From Massalongia carnosa (taxonomy: Eukaryota), in the NCBI GenBank assembly GCA_965645245.1, contig OZ287076.1:2170001-2234000 (forward strand): 64,000 nt of DNA, written 5' to 3'. This document shows, piece after piece, positions 60,075 to 64,000 of this stretch. A program made the position numbers and the translations under genes. Every line of letters starts with the position of its first letter. Position 1 is the stretch's first letter. The notes beneath the pieces were generated by a model. The model was not told where the DNA came from, did no database searches, and saw nothing but the letters and a program-made list of their open reading frames with translations.

Positions 60075-60321
60075 TAGCTGGCAGGGCGCCTGCCACTTAG
60101 CGCTTCGGAGACCTCGCCAATAGAAGGGGGGATAGTGTCAGGGTCCTAGCCTGACATAAGGCTGAGATGGAAGGGGGGAGCACGCGAGCACGCGAGGCTA
60201 GCGCGACACTCGGTGCAGATATTTCTAGCGAGTCGCGCACAATGTTTCTTTTCTTCTTTTGTAGATAAATTTTAGTTTAATAGCGGTTGATTAGAATCGA
60301 CGACAGCTTCCTTACAAGACG

Positions 60322-63300
60322 CGAGATGCATCAAAGGATGACTATTTGGCAGTCGGTGCCAACTACCTAAAAATTGAATTCTACGGAACCATCAGAATCA
60401 ACATTCCTGCCCCATCTGGACCATGGATAATTACATTAGTCGACGTCGCCTACGTCCCTAGATTCATGACAAATGTCGTCGCTCAGCATTTATTCAATGT
60501 AAAAGGGGTACACTTTGACGATTGGAAAATGCACCTGCATAGGGAAGGAAAGACTGTCGCATGGGTTAAACCACTAAATGGGCACTTCTTACTGGAAGAC
60601 AACACTGAGGGGGTGTTCAATCAGTCATTTGCAACAGGGCAAAATTCCGCTGCAGCTAAAGAGAAAGAAACTTCCAAATCTGCACCTTCCTATCAATGGC
60701 ATCAGATGTTGGCACATGCGTCAAATGACGCCATTCAGCATTTACAGGCATCAGCTGAGGGGGTGAAGATTGCTGATTCAGCAGCTGCCCCTACAATTCC
60801 CAAAACCAATGAGTGCGAAACATGCGCACTTTCAAAAATGCACCGAATCATCTCTAGGTCAGCGGAAAATGCCGAAACGGCAGCCCTACCTTTTTATCGA
60901 ATCACATACGACTTAATCCCATTAAACCCTGCCTATAACAAAGATGAATGGGTCTCTCATTTCGCCTGCCATTGGACCGATTTTAACATGGTTTTTACTC
61001 ATCCAAAGAAATCAGATGCGACGCGGATAGTAAAAGAGCCACTTAATTTGATCGAGACTAGATTCAATGGAAAAGTAGTCTTCTTTTGGACTGACGGCGA
61101 GAAATCTTTGGGAGGTGATTTTCGAGAATTACTTATAGAAAAGGGGATTACTTACGAACCATCTGTACCTCATTCGCCGGAGCAGAATGGGCACTCAGAA
61201 AGAAAAGGGGGAATTTTGACCCTAAAAGCACGTGCTATGCGGATGGATGCAAATCTTCCTACATTTCTTTGGCCGGAAATTTTTCGGACTGCCGGCTATA
61301 TAGCAAATCGGACTCCTATGGGAAAACATCAATGGAAAACGCCATACCAGATGGTCCACAAGACCCGTCCAAACTTAGTACATTTACATGTTTATGGCTG
61401 CAAAGCTTATGCCTTAAATAAGCAAACTTCGAAGAAGGAAAAGTTGAAAGAAAGAGCTCACATCGGACATTTGGTTAGTTATGATGCTCGCAACATTTTT
61501 CGCATTTGGATACCATCTCAGCGGAAGGTAATTCGGACTAGAGACGTTATTTTCGATGACAGCACTAGATACGATCCTCATGACATAGATGTCATGCAGG
61601 CAATTTCCGAGCCAATGCTGCCATTACCAGAGACGTTTGAAATTCCGAATCTTCTTACTGATTTGGCGCGAATTACCGAGGTGGAATCAGATTTAGAAGA
61701 TGAGATAAATCTGCATGCGGAGCAAAACCAGCAATCTATAGAAAAAGGGCAAATGCCAGCATCTGGCAATTCCCCAAATGACTCCGCAAATGACTCCGCA
61801 TCACATGACTCAGCAAAAGGCAAAACATTCGAATATTTGCCATCTCCCTTACCATCTGAAGCAACCCCGCCACCTGACCCTAAACCATCTCAAAAAGAGA
61901 AGAAAGTGATTGGTCTAGAATTGGACCAGGCAAATATCTTGCCTGAGGGGGTGAGACGGGAAAGAAAAGGCAGAAAACAGGCTTATTTCGCTGCCTTGAA
62001 AGATGCCGAAAATGGAGAAGTTATCTCCTTTCATTCCTCATTTGCAGCATTTGCAAAATCATTATTCTTTACTAAATTTTCTCAGCATCGCCTACATAGA
62101 GATTCCCTACCTGCGGAACCAAAGCATTTCGGTCAAATGCTGAAACATTCTCATTCCGCCGGATTTCAGGAAGCAATCAAAACGGAAATAAAAGCTTTGG
62201 AAGCAAAGGGCACTTGGAAGGAAGTTCCTACAAATGAGGTTATTTCGAAAGATAATGTCATCATTCCTACTATATGGATTTTCAAATATAAATTCGACGA
62301 AGAGGGATATTTGACCAAATACAAAGCTCGCTTAGTGGCTAAGGGTGATTTTCAGAAGACTGACCAAGACTCCTACGCCGCCACTTTGGCAGCTCGCATT
62401 TTCCGAGCATTAATGGCAATTGTAGCAACATTCGATTTGGAGACGCGACAGTATGACGCCATAAATGCATTTGCCAATAGTCCTATAGATGAGCCCATCT
62501 ATTGTAAGCCACCTGAGGGATGGCCAAAAGATAGCGGCATTTTGCTACTTCTACAAAGGGCTCTGTATGGACTAAAACAAGCTTCAGCCTTATGGTATCG
62601 TCTTTTATCGGAAGCACTAATCGGAATGAATTTTGAGCCGATACCAGGAGCAGATTGTCTCTTCATCAGTCGGGACAAGCAATTGCTTCTTTTCTTCTTC
62701 GTAGATGACATCGTTCTTCTATACGATCGTCGTTGGACCAATCAAGCTGACGTTTTTCAGACGCAGCTATTTGACCGTTTTGAAATGCGACATTTAGGAG
62801 AATTAGAATGGTTCCTAGGAATTCAGATCTCTAGGAAACGCGAAAACGGACTTTTATGGCTGTCTCAGCAGTCCTACATTGAAAAGATAGTTTCAAAATT
62901 CAATGTCAGCATTAATCTAGAAAATAAGGGACCGGCGACACCATTACCATACGGATCAGGAATGCAATTGGTCAGAAATTCTGGTCAGGCAACAAATCAG
63001 GAAATCCATGCCTACCAGCAAATAGTTGGATCCATCAATTTCGCAGCAGTAATAACCCGCCCGGACGTTGCATTTGCAGCTTCCAAACTGTCGGAATTTC
63101 TAACCAACCCATCTAAATGCCATTCGGAAGCTGCCATTCGGACCCTGAAATATTTAGGGCATTCCAAAACATTGACCATTTGGTTTAACTCTTCTGATTT
63201 TTTCGGAAACTCTGACCATTCTTCTTCTGACCAAACCATCTTTTTAGCAAGCAGCGACGCCTCATTTGCCGATGACCCCGCGACCAGATATAGCTCCCAG

Positions 63301-63708
63301 GGATACGGATTCAAGCTATTTAGTGGAATGATAGATTGGAAGGCGTCAAAGCAGAAGACGGTCACCACTAGCAGTACGGAAGCGGAATTGCTCGCCATCT
63401 CATCGGCAGGAAAGGAGCTCATCTGGTGGACGCGTCTTTTTCAAGAGATAAATCTAGATTTGCAGATGATGCCAAACATTCAATGCGACAATCGGCAGAC
63501 AATCAGGGCACTGACGGAAAATAAACTGGTGACCAAGCTTCGCCATGTCGACATCCATAAACCTTGGCTCCGCCAAGAAATTGCAAAGGATCGAATCAAA
63601 ATTCAATGGGTGCCCACTGCCACAATTCTGGCAGATGGATTGACGAAGGCATTGCCACCTCAAAGGCATGCTTCATTTGTCAAATTACTAGGCCTGAAAG
63701 GGCAACGT
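60322..63708 (+). CDS. pol: pol (INT-RT-RH) of copia C
   Basis: WHQMLAH..CETC, PEQNGHSER, QYDAINAF, FVDD, SSDASFADD, ADGLTK; open to a probable LTR insertion at 63709. Confidence 0.92.
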
Positions 63709-63956
63709 TGTCATGAAATAAAGTTTGAGTTAAAACCTAATGATTACCGAACCGTCAAGCGGCGATCGAGGTAAAAGCCACCTGAAAGCCTATTCAGATT
63801 CATCCTCGGTATGAGTCTGAATAAACCCCTTACTCCACTCCACCAATCTCCTCACTCCACTATACCCTCTTATCGCTAGAACGATCACATCCACGGGCCC
63901 ACTTATCGCTCCACCTTATCGCCGCCACCATCACCAAAATCTCTCATCTAGGGTGA
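63709..63956 (+). mobile_element. probable start of another LTR, distantly similar to the gypsy A LTR
   Basis: Begins TGTCATGAAAT like 1188, has a TATTCAGATTCAT...ATGAGTCTGAATA hairpin, and coincides with loss of RNase H-like sequence. Confidence 0.5.
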
Positions 63957-64000
63957 TGTCAAACCTGAATGTGGTCGATTCTCATCGCCGATCCTCGACC
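63957..64000 (+). mobile_element. start of a third copy of the 2895/20403 copia LTR (cut by window edge)
   Basis: 44 bp identical to 2895-2938. Confidence 0.9.

Larger units (their letters stand above)
46192..60316 (+). mobile_element. Ty3/gypsy chromovirus (gypsy D) with three insertions
   Basis: 181 bp LTRs 46192-46372 and 60136-60316 (one difference seen), AGACG TSD, PPT AGAAGGGGGGA. Confidence 0.96.
44587..63708 (+). mobile_element. Ty1/copia element (copia C), host of the nested insertions; 3' LTR not in window
   Basis: TG-starting LTR at 44587, PBS GTTATGAGCCC at 44846, gag-PR 44992-46191 continuing in frame at 60322 through INT-RT-RH. Confidence 0.88.

Overview
Transposon-dense region of a filamentous ascomycete genome (short GT-AG introns, Fot1/pogo and chromovirus elements, sporadic CpA->TpA damage). 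Most of the window is nested mobile DNA: three Ty3/gypsy chromoviruses plus a chromodomain remnant, four Ty1/copia elements plus an internally deleted copia remnant (four PBS copies of half-tRNA-iMet type), many solo LTRs with resolvable target-site duplications, a broken Tc1, a broken and an intact Fot1/pogo, and a degenerate tyrosine-recombinase (DIRS/Ngaro-type) retrotransposon. A small island of host-like genes lies at about 12.5-36.3 kb: DUF3433 membrane protein, a PD-(D/E)xK-like pseudogene, a HeLo/SesA-like small gene, a hypothetical gene divergent from an intact HSPA12-like Hsp70, and an MFS remnant. Main observations: (1) the YR retroelement has short inverted termini (GTAATTCG...CGAATTAC) and structured ends, and two ~350-460 bp non-autonomous miniature derivatives are present, one inserted into the RT gene of the parent family; (2) an intact Hsp70-like / partner / HeLo-like three-gene module survives among decayed neighbours; (3) a copia family has a conserved gag stop with a CARYYA read-through context; (4) a fragment of a mitochondrial linear-plasmid type DNA polymerase B sits inside an LTR-type insertion; (5) a five-level nest of insertions spans 43-64 kb. 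All family calls are from motif recognition by eye, not database searches.
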